Origin: Deferribacterales bacterium | Lineage (GTDB): Bacteria; Chrysiogenota; Deferribacteres; Deferribacterales; Geovibrionaceae | Length of the DNA stretch: 64,000 nt | Direction: 5' to 3' | Assembly: GCA_050251875.1 (NCBI GenBank) | Contig: JBFWMA010000001.1 | Coordinates: forward strand, 115,230 to 179,229 | Part shown: positions 51,863 to 60,117 of the stretch, one piece after another | Layout: each line of letters begins with the position of its first letter | How positions within the stretch are numbered: the stretch's first letter is position 1 | Translations under genes and position numbers: made by a program | Notes under the pieces: model-generated | What the model was told of the DNA's origin: nothing | Database searches by the model: none | What the model saw: only the letters and a program-made list of their open reading frames with translations

Positions 51863-53572
51863 TCAGTCGGCGTCAGGCTCCTGCTCTTCCTCCTCTTCGG
51901 GGATGAAGACAGGTTTTTTGATGACGCTGATGTCCGCCACCTTGCCGTCAAATTCCGTGAGCAGGGTCTTCACAAGCGGGTCCTGCTCCGCTTCTTTCTT
52001 TATCTTGATATTGTGAAAGGTCTCTATGGATTCTTTTTTTTCAACTATGCTTTTTTTTTTAGAATCCGTTTCCAGGATCAGCTTTACTTCAGTGATGTTG
52101 GGAAATGCCGCCGAAACGACCGAATTAAGCTGGTTTATGTTGTTGTTGCGCAGAAAATATTCGTAATGAAATTTATGATCCGGCGAAAATCCCACGGTGA
52201 GCGCCGTTCCGGTCATCTGCACCACATAGCCGAAGCTGATGTTTGAGGCGAGCGATGGGAATTTGGCTTCTTCCAGAGCCTTCGCAATGGCGTTGAGCTG
52301 TATGTCCGCTCCGGAGAAAACCGGCTTGTCGGATGCTTCCGCATGGGGCTTCTGGATGAGGTGTTCCTGCTTCTGATACACAGGCTCCCTCTCCGTGGTC
52401 TGCTGAGGCGCTGACTGTCCCCCTGCCGGAGGAGTAACGGTGGACGGCTGTCCGGCTCCTGACGGCACCATGCCGGATGTGGATATCAGAGACGACAGGC
52501 TCGCTGCCTTATACATCCCGAATTCGAACACATACTGTTCGAAGCTGAAAAACTTTATATCGTTGAGCAGTTTCTGAAATACCTGAAACAGGGCATAGAG
52601 TTTCTGCTCACCCGTCTTCTGTGCGAGCTGTCCATAGAACTCGTTCTCTTTGGATGTCAGTTCCTTGTTCTCTTTCTTCGTGATGACACGCATCAGCAGG
52701 TTTCTGGTGTGCTCTATCAGGGTCTCCACGGCGAACGTGTGGTTGATTCCCTTCGCTCCCAGCTCCTGACAGAGATCCGCCAGCGCCTGCGTGTCTTCCG
52801 ACACAACGGCGGAGAAGATGCTGTTTATGATGCTTTTGTCGGAATATCCCAGCAGAAAAGACGTGTTCTGTTCGTCCAGACTGCCTCCGGTGAAGGCGAT
52901 GATCTGATCCAGCAGAGAGAGTGAGTCTCTCATGCAGCCGTCAGAGTTGCGCACCACCAGACTCAGGGCGTCCGGCTCATATTTAACTCCCTCGTGATCC
53001 AGAGCGGATGAAAGGGTGTTATACATGACATCGAATGGAATTTTATTAAAATCGTATTTCTGACAGCGGGATATGATGGTGGCAGGAATACGGTGCGGGT
53101 CTGTGGTGGCGAGGATGAATATTACATATTCGGGCGGTTCCTCGAGAGTTTTCAGCAGAGCGTTGAAGGCGTGCTCGGTGAGCATGTGTACCTCGTCTAT
53201 GATATAGACTTTGTACTTGCACTTCATGGGTAGAAAGCGAACGGCTTCACGCAGTTCTCTTATCTCGTCAATACCTCTGTTGGATGCGCCGTCTATCTCG
53301 GCAACGTCCATGGATGTCCCCGTGGTGATCTCAACGCAGTTTTCGCATTTTCCGCAGGGGTTGCATCCGTCCGGTTCCAGACAGTTGACAGCTTTTGCCA
53401 GAATACGGGCGGCGCTGGTTTTTCCCACGCCTCTGGGTCCTGTGAACAGGTAGGCATGGACTATGCGCCCCATCTCTATGGAGTTTTTCAGGGTAGTCAC
53501 GACAAATTCCTGTCCTGACAGTTCGTCAAAATTCTGGGGTCTGAGTTTTCTGGCTAGTGCTACATATGACAT
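51863..53572 (-). CDS. dnaX: DNA polymerase III subunit tau/gamma
   Basis: LARKLRP, GPRGVGKT, zinc Cys motif, IIDEVHML, SRC. Confidence 0.97.
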   Translation of the reverse strand: MSYVALARKLRPQNFDELSGQEFVVTTLKNSIEMGRIVHAYLFTGPRGVGKTSAARILAKAVNCLEPDGCNPCGKCENCVEITTGTSMDVAEIDGASNRGIDEIRELREAVRFLPMKCKYKVYIIDEVHMLTEHAFNALLKTLEEPPEYVIFILATTDPHRIPATIISRCQKYDFNKIPFDVMYNTLSSALDHEGVKYEPDALSLVVRNSDGCMRDSLSLLDQIIAFTGGSLDEQNTSFLLGYSDKSIINSIFSAVVSEDTQALADLCQELGAKGINHTFAVETLIEHTRNLLMRVITKKENKELTSKENEFYGQLAQKTGEQKLYALFQVFQKLLNDIKFFSFEQYVFEFGMYKAASLSSLISTSGMVPSGAGQPSTVTPPAGGQSAPQQTTEREPVYQKQEHLIQKPHAEASDKPVFSGADIQLNAIAKALEEAKFPSLASNISFGYVVQMTGTALTVGFSPDHKFHYEYFLRNNNINQLNSVVSAAFPNITEVKLILETDSKKKSIVEKKESIETFHNIKIKKEAEQDPLVKTLLTEFDGKVADISVIKKPVFIPEEEEEQEPDAD

Positions 53573-53645
53573 ATAAAGAAGTTAATGGATGTGCCTTTGA
53601 CAGTCAAGCGAATAAATGGGGTAATAAATTCAGTTAAGCATTAAC

Positions 53646-53721
53646 GTCATCGCGAGGAGCTTTAGCGACGTGGCGATCTCAAACGGTGAGATTACTTCGT
53701 CATGTTATTCCTCGTAATGAC
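53646..53721. repeat. Family 1 REP doublet
   Basis: GTCATCGCGAGGAGC...GGCGATCTC-aaacggt-GAGATTACTTCG...CCTCGTAATGAC. Confidence 0.85.
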
Positions 53722-53748
53722 AAAAAAAAGCGGGGCTTTTAGCCCCGC
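53722..53748 (-). terminator. Terminator of the IclR gene
   Basis: Minus strand GCGGGGCT-AAA-AGCCCCGC-T8. Confidence 0.8.
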
Positions 53749-53755
53749 CGTGTTG

Positions 53756-54541
53756 TTATTCCTGATATCCCAGTCTCTTTGAAATCTCTCTGGCGTATTT
53801 CTTCGCTATGGGCAGAATCTCTTTGTGCATCCTCGCCTCTGTCATGCGGCATGCGGGACCTGTAACGGAAAGAGCCGCCACGGGGACACCCAGATAGTCC
53901 TTCACGGGTACGGCTATACAGCGCACACGGTTTTCGAACTCTTCGTTGTCCAGAGCGAAGTTGTCCACAGCGACCTGCTTCAGTTCTTTTTTCAGAACGG
54001 GCAGTGATGTGATGGTGGTGTCGGTATATCTTTTGAGCCTGGCGCCCATGTAGATTTTATTGATCTCTTCCTCGGATGAGAAAGCGAGCTGAACCTTGCC
54101 GATGGCTGTGCAGTATGCCGGAACATCTTTTCCCACACGGGAAACGACACGAACGGGAAGGTTGGTCTCGGCGATGTCCAGATATATTACGTTGCCCTCG
54201 CGCAGGATGCCGATGTAAACGGATTCGTTAACATCCGCCACGATCTTTTCCATAAAAGGTCTGGCGAGTTTTAAAATTCCGAGTTTGTTCACAAACTTTT
54301 GTCCAAGATTAAAAATGCCTATTCCCAGACGATAGTTTTCTGTATTGAGATTTTGTTCAATATAGCCTCTGGATGCCAGAGTAGCGAGCAGTCTGAACAC
54401 GTTGTTTTTATGCAGACCCAGCGACTTACTCAGCTCGGTAACGCCGAATTCATCTTTATTCTCAGCGTTTCTGAAGACTTCGAAAAGCTGTAAAGCGTGG
54501 TAGACCGACTGAACAGGTTTTACATCCGGTTTGTAAGCCAT
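53756..54541 (-). CDS. IclR-family regulator
   Basis: VQSV, GVTELS...LHK HTH, CTAIGK, CIAVPV. Confidence 0.93.
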   Translation of the reverse strand: MAYKPDVKPVQSVYHALQLFEVFRNAENKDEFGVTELSKSLGLHKNNVFRLLATLASRGYIEQNLNTENYRLGIGIFNLGQKFVNKLGILKLARPFMEKIVADVNESVYIGILREGNVIYLDIAETNLPVRVVSRVGKDVPAYCTAIGKVQLAFSSEEEINKIYMGARLKRYTDTTITSLPVLKKELKQVAVDNFALDNEEFENRVRCIAVPVKDYLGVPVAALSVTGPACRMTEARMHKEILPIAKKYAREISKRLGYQE

Positions 54542-54743
54542 AAATATATACTCCTTAACCTAATGATGGTTAATAAATTATAATATCGTTATAATTATGT
54601 GCGTATCTTAAAAAAGTAAACCACAGTTTTGTTAATTTAGAAAGAGAAATTTAACAATAATGAGTGAAATTATGCCAATAAAAGTAAATCTTGTATTAAG
54701 TGTTTATAACCTGATATAATCTGCCTTGCAAGGTGATATTGAT

Positions 54744-55517
54744 ATGAATGAAAAACTTCCTCTTTCAGTGGCTGTAATCTCTTTTAACGAAGAGCAAAAC
54801 ATCCGCCGCACTCTGGACGCTGTGGCGTCTTTCGCTTCCGAAATAATAGTGGTGGATTCCCATTCCACTGACGAAACGGTGAAAATAGCCGCCGGATGCG
54901 GAGCGAAAGTTTATGATGAGGACTGGAAAGGACACATAGGACAGAAGAATTCCGCCATAGAGAAGTGTTCTCAGGAGTGGATACTGGCTCTGGACTGTGA
55001 CGAGGTGGTGGACGGTGAACTCGCCCAAGATATTATAAACGCTGTAAAAAGCGGCGAATGTGACGGATATGAGGTTAACCGCCGTACCTTTTATATGGGT
55101 AAATTTCTGAAATATTCATGGCAGCCCGACTGGAAGCTGAGACTGGTGAAGAGATCCGCTCTGCCGAAATGGGCTGGGTACGACCCTCATGACGTGCTGA
55201 AAATAAACGGAAAAACATCCAAACTGAGAAGCGGTTATCTGCTTCACTATTCATACAGGGATATTTATGATCACTATCAGCGTCTGGTGAAATATTCGAA
55301 AATAGCGGCTCAGTCATATTATGACAATGGGCGCAGATTCAGCTATTTCGCTATTATCACCAAGCCTTTATTCGCCTTTGTTAAAAAATATGTCATAAAG
55401 CTGGGGTTCATGGACGGCTTCGCCGGATTCGCCGTGGCTGTCAGCTCATATATATATGTGTATTTAAAATACCTTTTTTTAAAAGAGATACAGGACGGAA
55501 AACGCAACAATGGCTAA
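54744..55517 (+). CDS. GT2 glycosyltransferase, WaaE/KdtX-like (LPS core)
   Basis: VVDSHSTD, WILALDCDE, GFMDG; overlaps lpxK. Confidence 0.88.
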   Translation: MNEKLPLSVAVISFNEEQNIRRTLDAVASFASEIIVVDSHSTDETVKIAAGCGAKVYDEDWKGHIGQKNSAIEKCSQEWILALDCDEVVDGELAQDIINAVKSGECDGYEVNRRTFYMGKFLKYSWQPDWKLRLVKRSALPKWAGYDPHDVLKINGKTSKLRSGYLLHYSYRDIYDHYQRLVKYSKIAAQSYYDNGRRFSYFAIITKPLFAFVKKYVIKLGFMDGFAGFAVAVSSYIYVYLKYLFLKEIQDGKRNNG

Positions 55518-56415
55518 GATAATATCCATCGGAAACATATCGCTGGGGGGCACAGGCAAAACGCCTTTCGCCATCATGACCGCTCAGCATTTTATAGATC
55601 AGGGGAAAAAAGTCTGTGTGCTCTCCAGAGGATACAGAGGGCGCATCGGGTATGACACCGCTGTAATCAGCGATGGCGAAAATATTCTGATAGGTCCCGA
55701 CATGGCGGCGGACGAGCCCTATATGATAGCGGTGAACTGCCCCAAAGCGATAGTCATCACCGGAAAGGAGCGCAATGATTCCTTTGAATACGCCGAGCGT
55801 GAGTTCAAACCGGATATATATATTCTGGATGACGGTTTTCAGCACAAAAGAATGAAGCGTGACATAGATATATGTCTGCTGGATCATAAAAGACCCGTTT
55901 CCACCGGATGGATGTTTCCCTTCGGATATCTGCGTGAGCCTGCGAGCGCCATAGAGCGTGCGGACATTGTGATATTCACCAGGGCGGAAGATGCTTCTGT
56001 TCCGGAAAAGACAGCGAAATATGTTAAGGATAAGCCCGTTTTCTTCAGCGATGTGAAATTCGCCGGATTTTATAACGATCAGGGAAAACTGGACATAGAA
56101 TATCAGGGTAAAACAGCCTATGCCTTTTGCGGCATAGCCGCTCCGTATAAATTTTTCTCTTTTCTCGCCAAGCTGGGGATAAATCTGGTGCGCAGAAAGA
56201 TATTCGGCGACCACCACAAATATCTCGACCGTGAGGGATACAGCATCATGAAAAAAGCGTCTGAGATGGAGGCCGATATGGTCATCACCACAGAGAAGGA
56301 CTATGTGAAGCTGACTCCGGACATGAAAGAGGATATGGTTTATGCCAAGATCGAGATAGACCTGAAAGACAGAGAGAGATTTTTTCAGATACTGGATATG
56401 CGCAGCGGGGCGTAA
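55510..56415 (+). CDS. lpxK: Tetraacyldisaccharide 4'-kinase
   Basis: GNISLGGTGKTP, LSRGY, DDGFQH, TTEKD. Confidence 0.96.
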   Translation: MAKIISIGNISLGGTGKTPFAIMTAQHFIDQGKKVCVLSRGYRGRIGYDTAVISDGENILIGPDMAADEPYMIAVNCPKAIVITGKERNDSFEYAEREFKPDIYILDDGFQHKRMKRDIDICLLDHKRPVSTGWMFPFGYLREPASAIERADIVIFTRAEDASVPEKTAKYVKDKPVFFSDVKFAGFYNDQGKLDIEYQGKTAYAFCGIAAPYKFFSFLAKLGINLVRRKIFGDHHKYLDREGYSIMKKASEMEADMVITTEKDYVKLTPDMKEDMVYAKIEIDLKDRERFFQILDMRSGA

Positions 56416-56438
56416 GCCGCCGTTTTGCGATCTAAAAA

Positions 56439-56464
56439 GTAGGGCGGTATTTTATATGCCGCCG
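56439..56464. repeat. Single GTAG-family REP overlapping a stop codon
   Basis: GTAGGGCGGTATTTTATATGCCGCCG, one mismatch from the 46362 unit. Confidence 0.8.
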
Positions 56465-57327
56465 AGATTGTCGCCGATAGACAGATCATCCGGACTCAGC
56501 CCTTCTGTTTCCGACAGCATGATGGTTCCGCTGCCGCACGCCACCTCTATGAGCTTGTCATAGATATCTATCACCGTTCCCGGCTCGCCGTAATCGCCCT
56601 GCCATTTTTCCGTGGATGCCTTCCATACGGTCACCTTTTGCCCGTTCAGCATGAAATAAGCCCCGAAAAAAGGACGGCTGTAAGCCCGGATGTGGTTATA
56701 AAGGCTGAAAGCGTCACGGGTGAAATCTATCAGAGCGTCTCTGGTGCGCTTTCTTTGCAGATAGACGGCGCTGTCCGGATCCTGCTGTTTCCGTCCGAAA
56801 CCGTCAATGCCTCTGCGGCTGAGCTCCTGAATGAACCCGGCGCAGACGGGAATATATTTTTCATAAAAATCCATAGGATAGTCGTTGAAGTCGAGTCTGA
56901 TTCTCTGCTGATGGAGTATGTCGCCTCCGTCTATCTGGTCGCCCATCAGATAGAATGTGGCTCCGCTGACGGCAACGCCCCGCTCGAACTGTTCGGTCAC
57001 GGCGCTGTAGCCTCTGTATAGGGGCAGAAGAGACGGGTGGGCGTATACCACGGGATAATCAGCTCCGCTGAAAAAATCCTTCGTCCAGTCCACGCATACT
57101 GCGATGTTGCCCTTCATGATCTGTTCCAGCTCAGGGCATTTCTCGTGGCTGTTGGCGCTGATGAACGTGATGGGAAAATCGTTGGCGAACCTGCTGAAAT
57201 CCTCCGCCAGGCCTGTTCTCTGAAAACCTCTGGAATATGTGATGACATGGGGACGCAGTGAGCCTGTCTTCAGCGTGTCCAGAAGCATGGCGCCTGTGAC
57301 GTTGGCGGTGAAGAGGATTATCTCCAT
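56452..57327 (-). CDS. Formyltransferase (Fmt/ArnA-like)
   Basis: HPSLLPLYRG, SGAT, IDGGDI, IRA..RP..GAY. Confidence 0.82.
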   Translation of the reverse strand: MEIILFTANVTGAMLLDTLKTGSLRPHVITYSRGFQRTGLAEDFSRFANDFPITFISANSHEKCPELEQIMKGNIAVCVDWTKDFFSGADYPVVYAHPSLLPLYRGYSAVTEQFERGVAVSGATFYLMGDQIDGGDILHQQRIRLDFNDYPMDFYEKYIPVCAGFIQELSRRGIDGFGRKQQDPDSAVYLQRKRTRDALIDFTRDAFSLYNHIRAYSRPFFGAYFMLNGQKVTVWKASTEKWQGDYGEPGTVIDIYDKLIEVACGSGTIMLSETEGLSPDDLSIGDNLGGI

Positions 57328-57842
57328 CACTTCTTCCGTCTGACGATGAAAAACAGTCCTATGACAACCACTATGAATGTGGCGATATAAATATATATGT
57401 AGGGGGGTTCTTTGTCGGATGTCATGCGCAGATATTCGCCGTCTTTCAGAACCACCACGCCCTGCATTATCCTGTCGTGGTAGAGTCCCTCCACCGATCT
57501 GACTTTTTCTCCGTCATTCATAACGAAGGTGTGCAGTTTTTTCCCCTGAGGGATGGTGCTGTCGTAAAAGGCTATATAATACGCCGCTCTGGTTCCGGCG
57601 GGCAGATTTTTTGTTCTGGGTTCAAAGACATATCCGTAAAGGGGCTCATCCAGCGAATAGGTGGTGTAGTAGCATCCTTCCTCGTTTGCGGCGTACCCGT
57701 TTTCCAGATCGGGGGTGATTCCGCAGATGGTTTCCTTCACCTTCATAAGAGACCCTTCGTATGTGATGTTGACGTCCAGAGTGGTCTCGGCAAAGGCGCA
57801 AACCGAAAAAATAAAAATCAGAAAAACCATAATTTTTTTCAT
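57327..57842 (-). CDS. Hypothetical exported protein with C-terminal membrane anchor
   Basis: Signal peptide ending AFA; C-terminal TM followed by RRKK. Confidence 0.7.
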   Translation of the reverse strand: MKKIMVFLIFIFSVCAFAETTLDVNITYEGSLMKVKETICGITPDLENGYAANEEGCYYTTYSLDEPLYGYVFEPRTKNLPAGTRAAYYIAFYDSTIPQGKKLHTFVMNDGEKVRSVEGLYHDRIMQGVVVLKDGEYLRMTSDKEPPYIYIYIATFIVVVIGLFFIVRRKK

Positions 57843-58134
57843 GAATGCCTCCTTGCTGTTAAATAAAACGATGTGGCTGTTTCGATGATACCAAAAAAAA
57901 CGCCTATGTACTACCAGAGCATAAGTTCACGAACCTTATTTGTCAATAGACCGCTGAAATGGTATTAAAATCAGTGCTTTTCGGTAGGGTTAAATATCCT
58001 TTTTTACTTGTGTAAAAAACGAACAAAATTCTAGACATGGATTTATAATTGTGTTATACGAAGATTGTATACAGTATACCATTGCCGTATAAGTGCATAC
58101 TATTGCATAACGATAAATTTCCGTGGAGTGTGTA

Positions 58135-60102
58135 ATGGCACAAGTTTGCTACGGGTACTATAAGGATACCATAATTGACAATCGTACCAAAGCTAAAGAG
58201 GAGTGGACTGAATCCCCTTTCCAAACTCCTGACGAGTACAGAGACAAACCCCTCAAGGTTCTGATTAACTGGGACGGCTTCCTCGTTTTTGATGACAGTG
58301 TTGATATTCTGGCCGCTCTTGCCAACTATATGCAGGAGATCAGCGGTCATGGATGCTGCGGAAGATGCTTCCCCGGACGCGTGGGAACCAGACTTCTGGC
58401 TGAGCAGCTGATGAAAATCCGCTCAGGAGCCTGCGAAGAGGCTGATATAGACAAGGCGATAGAGATAGCCGAATCTATTTTCACATCAGCCAAATGTACA
58501 GTCGCACCCACATCAACTGTCCCTGTAAGAGCTTTTCTTAAAAATTTCAGAGATCAGATCAAAAAAGAAGTAAAAAAAGAGAGCATGGAATTCTTCAGAC
58601 ATGTCACAGCGCCCTGCACAGCGGGATGCCCTGCCAATGTTCAGATTCCTGAGTTCATAGAAGAGATCAAAGACCACAGATATCTTGACGCTCTTGCCAC
58701 CATCCGCGAGACAATGCCCCTTCCCGGCGTGTGCGGACGTGTGTGCCCCCACCCCTGCGAGGCGAACTGCCGCAGAGGTCTGGTGGACGAAGACCCGGTG
58801 AGCATCATGGTTCTGAAACGTACTCCCTGGGACTATGAATACTATAACAATAAAGATCCCAAGCTCCCCGCCAAAGCCCCCGAAAAGGGTAAAAAGGTAG
58901 GTATAGTCGGCGCCGGACCCGCAGGTCTGACAGCGGCATACTATCTGGCTCTGATGGGATACAGCGTAAAAATATACGAATGGCAGCCCGAACCCGGCGG
59001 TATGGTAGCTATGGGTATTCCGGACTACAGACAGCCCCGCCACCTTCTCCGCAGAGAAGTGGAGATCATCCAGTCTCTCGGCGTGGAGATCGAATACGGC
59101 AAAAAACTGGGCGATGAAAAAGACGACATCACTCTCGACTATATGAAAAAGAATTATGACGCTGTTCTCGTCACCATCGGCGCATGGAAATCAAGAGACA
59201 TGGGTATCGAAGGTGAAAAGGACGGACATGAAGGCGTATTTGCCAGCGGTATCGGCTTCCTTCTGGAGCAGGCACACGGTAAAGACACCGGAGTTAAAGG
59301 CAAAAAAGTAGTTGTAGTGGGCGGCGGTAACACCGCTATCGACTGCGTGCGTGTCTCTCTCAGAGAGGGCGCTTCCGATGTAAACCTCGTTTACAGACGT
59401 TCACGCAAAGAGATGCCCGCTGAGGACTATGAGATCGAGGACGCCATCGAAGAGGGAATCAACTTCCACTTCCTCTGGAACCCCACAAAAGTTGTCGCCG
59501 AAAACGGCAAAGTTGTCGGCGTTGAAGTTGTGGAGATGGTTCTGGGCGAGCCCGATGAATCAGGACGTAGAAAACCCGAGCCGAAACCCGGCTCTGAAAA
59601 AGTAATTCCCTGCGATGTGATCATCCCCGCTATCGGTCAGTTCACAGACCTCACTTTCCTCACAGAGAAAGACGGTCTGGCTGTTACCAAGTGGAACACA
59701 TTCAAGGTCAGAGACGATCTCTATGACACAACAGATCCTAAGGTATTCTCCGCGGGCGACTGCGAGTGGGGTCCCATGACTGTTGTGAAGGCTATCGGCG
59801 CTGCCCGCTGGGCCGCTCTCATGATAGACCGCTATCTGGAGGACGGCGCTCCCTACCTCACAGAGGAGGAGACTCTCCAGCTCTCTCTTTATAAAAACAA
59901 AGTCTTCGACAAAACCGAAAAGGTCTGCGAAATGGAGACAAAATCCATTCACAGAGTGCACCAGCACAAGATGACCGGAAAAGAGAGAAAGGACAACTAC
60001 CAGGAGGTAGAGAAACCCTTTACCTTACAGCAGGCTTATGACGAGGCAACCAGATGCTTACGCTGTGTGCGTATGGCTATGGTCGGTCTGGGAACGAAAT
60101 AA
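58135..60102 (+). CDS. SfrB-like NADPH oxidoreductase subunit (NuoF-type Fe-S domain fused to GltD-like domain)
   Basis: CCGRCFPG...C; PCTAGCP, CGRVCPHPCE..C, GAGPAG, GGGNTAID..YRR, RCLRC. Confidence 0.8.
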   Translation: MAQVCYGYYKDTIIDNRTKAKEEWTESPFQTPDEYRDKPLKVLINWDGFLVFDDSVDILAALANYMQEISGHGCCGRCFPGRVGTRLLAEQLMKIRSGACEEADIDKAIEIAESIFTSAKCTVAPTSTVPVRAFLKNFRDQIKKEVKKESMEFFRHVTAPCTAGCPANVQIPEFIEEIKDHRYLDALATIRETMPLPGVCGRVCPHPCEANCRRGLVDEDPVSIMVLKRTPWDYEYYNNKDPKLPAKAPEKGKKVGIVGAGPAGLTAAYYLALMGYSVKIYEWQPEPGGMVAMGIPDYRQPRHLLRREVEIIQSLGVEIEYGKKLGDEKDDITLDYMKKNYDAVLVTIGAWKSRDMGIEGEKDGHEGVFASGIGFLLEQAHGKDTGVKGKKVVVVGGGNTAIDCVRVSLREGASDVNLVYRRSRKEMPAEDYEIEDAIEEGINFHFLWNPTKVVAENGKVVGVEVVEMVLGEPDESGRRKPEPKPGSEKVIPCDVIIPAIGQFTDLTFLTEKDGLAVTKWNTFKVRDDLYDTTDPKVFSAGDCEWGPMTVVKAIGAARWAALMIDRYLEDGAPYLTEEETLQLSLYKNKVFDKTEKVCEMETKSIHRVHQHKMTGKERKDNYQEVEKPFTLQQAYDEATRCLRCVRMAMVGLGTK

Positions 60103-60117
60103 GGCGGAGCGGACAAG

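Noticed and set aside
53573..53755. SRP RNA or tRNA upstream of dnaX
   Set aside because: No SRP loop motif or cloverleaf; the space is taken by a REP doublet and a terminator
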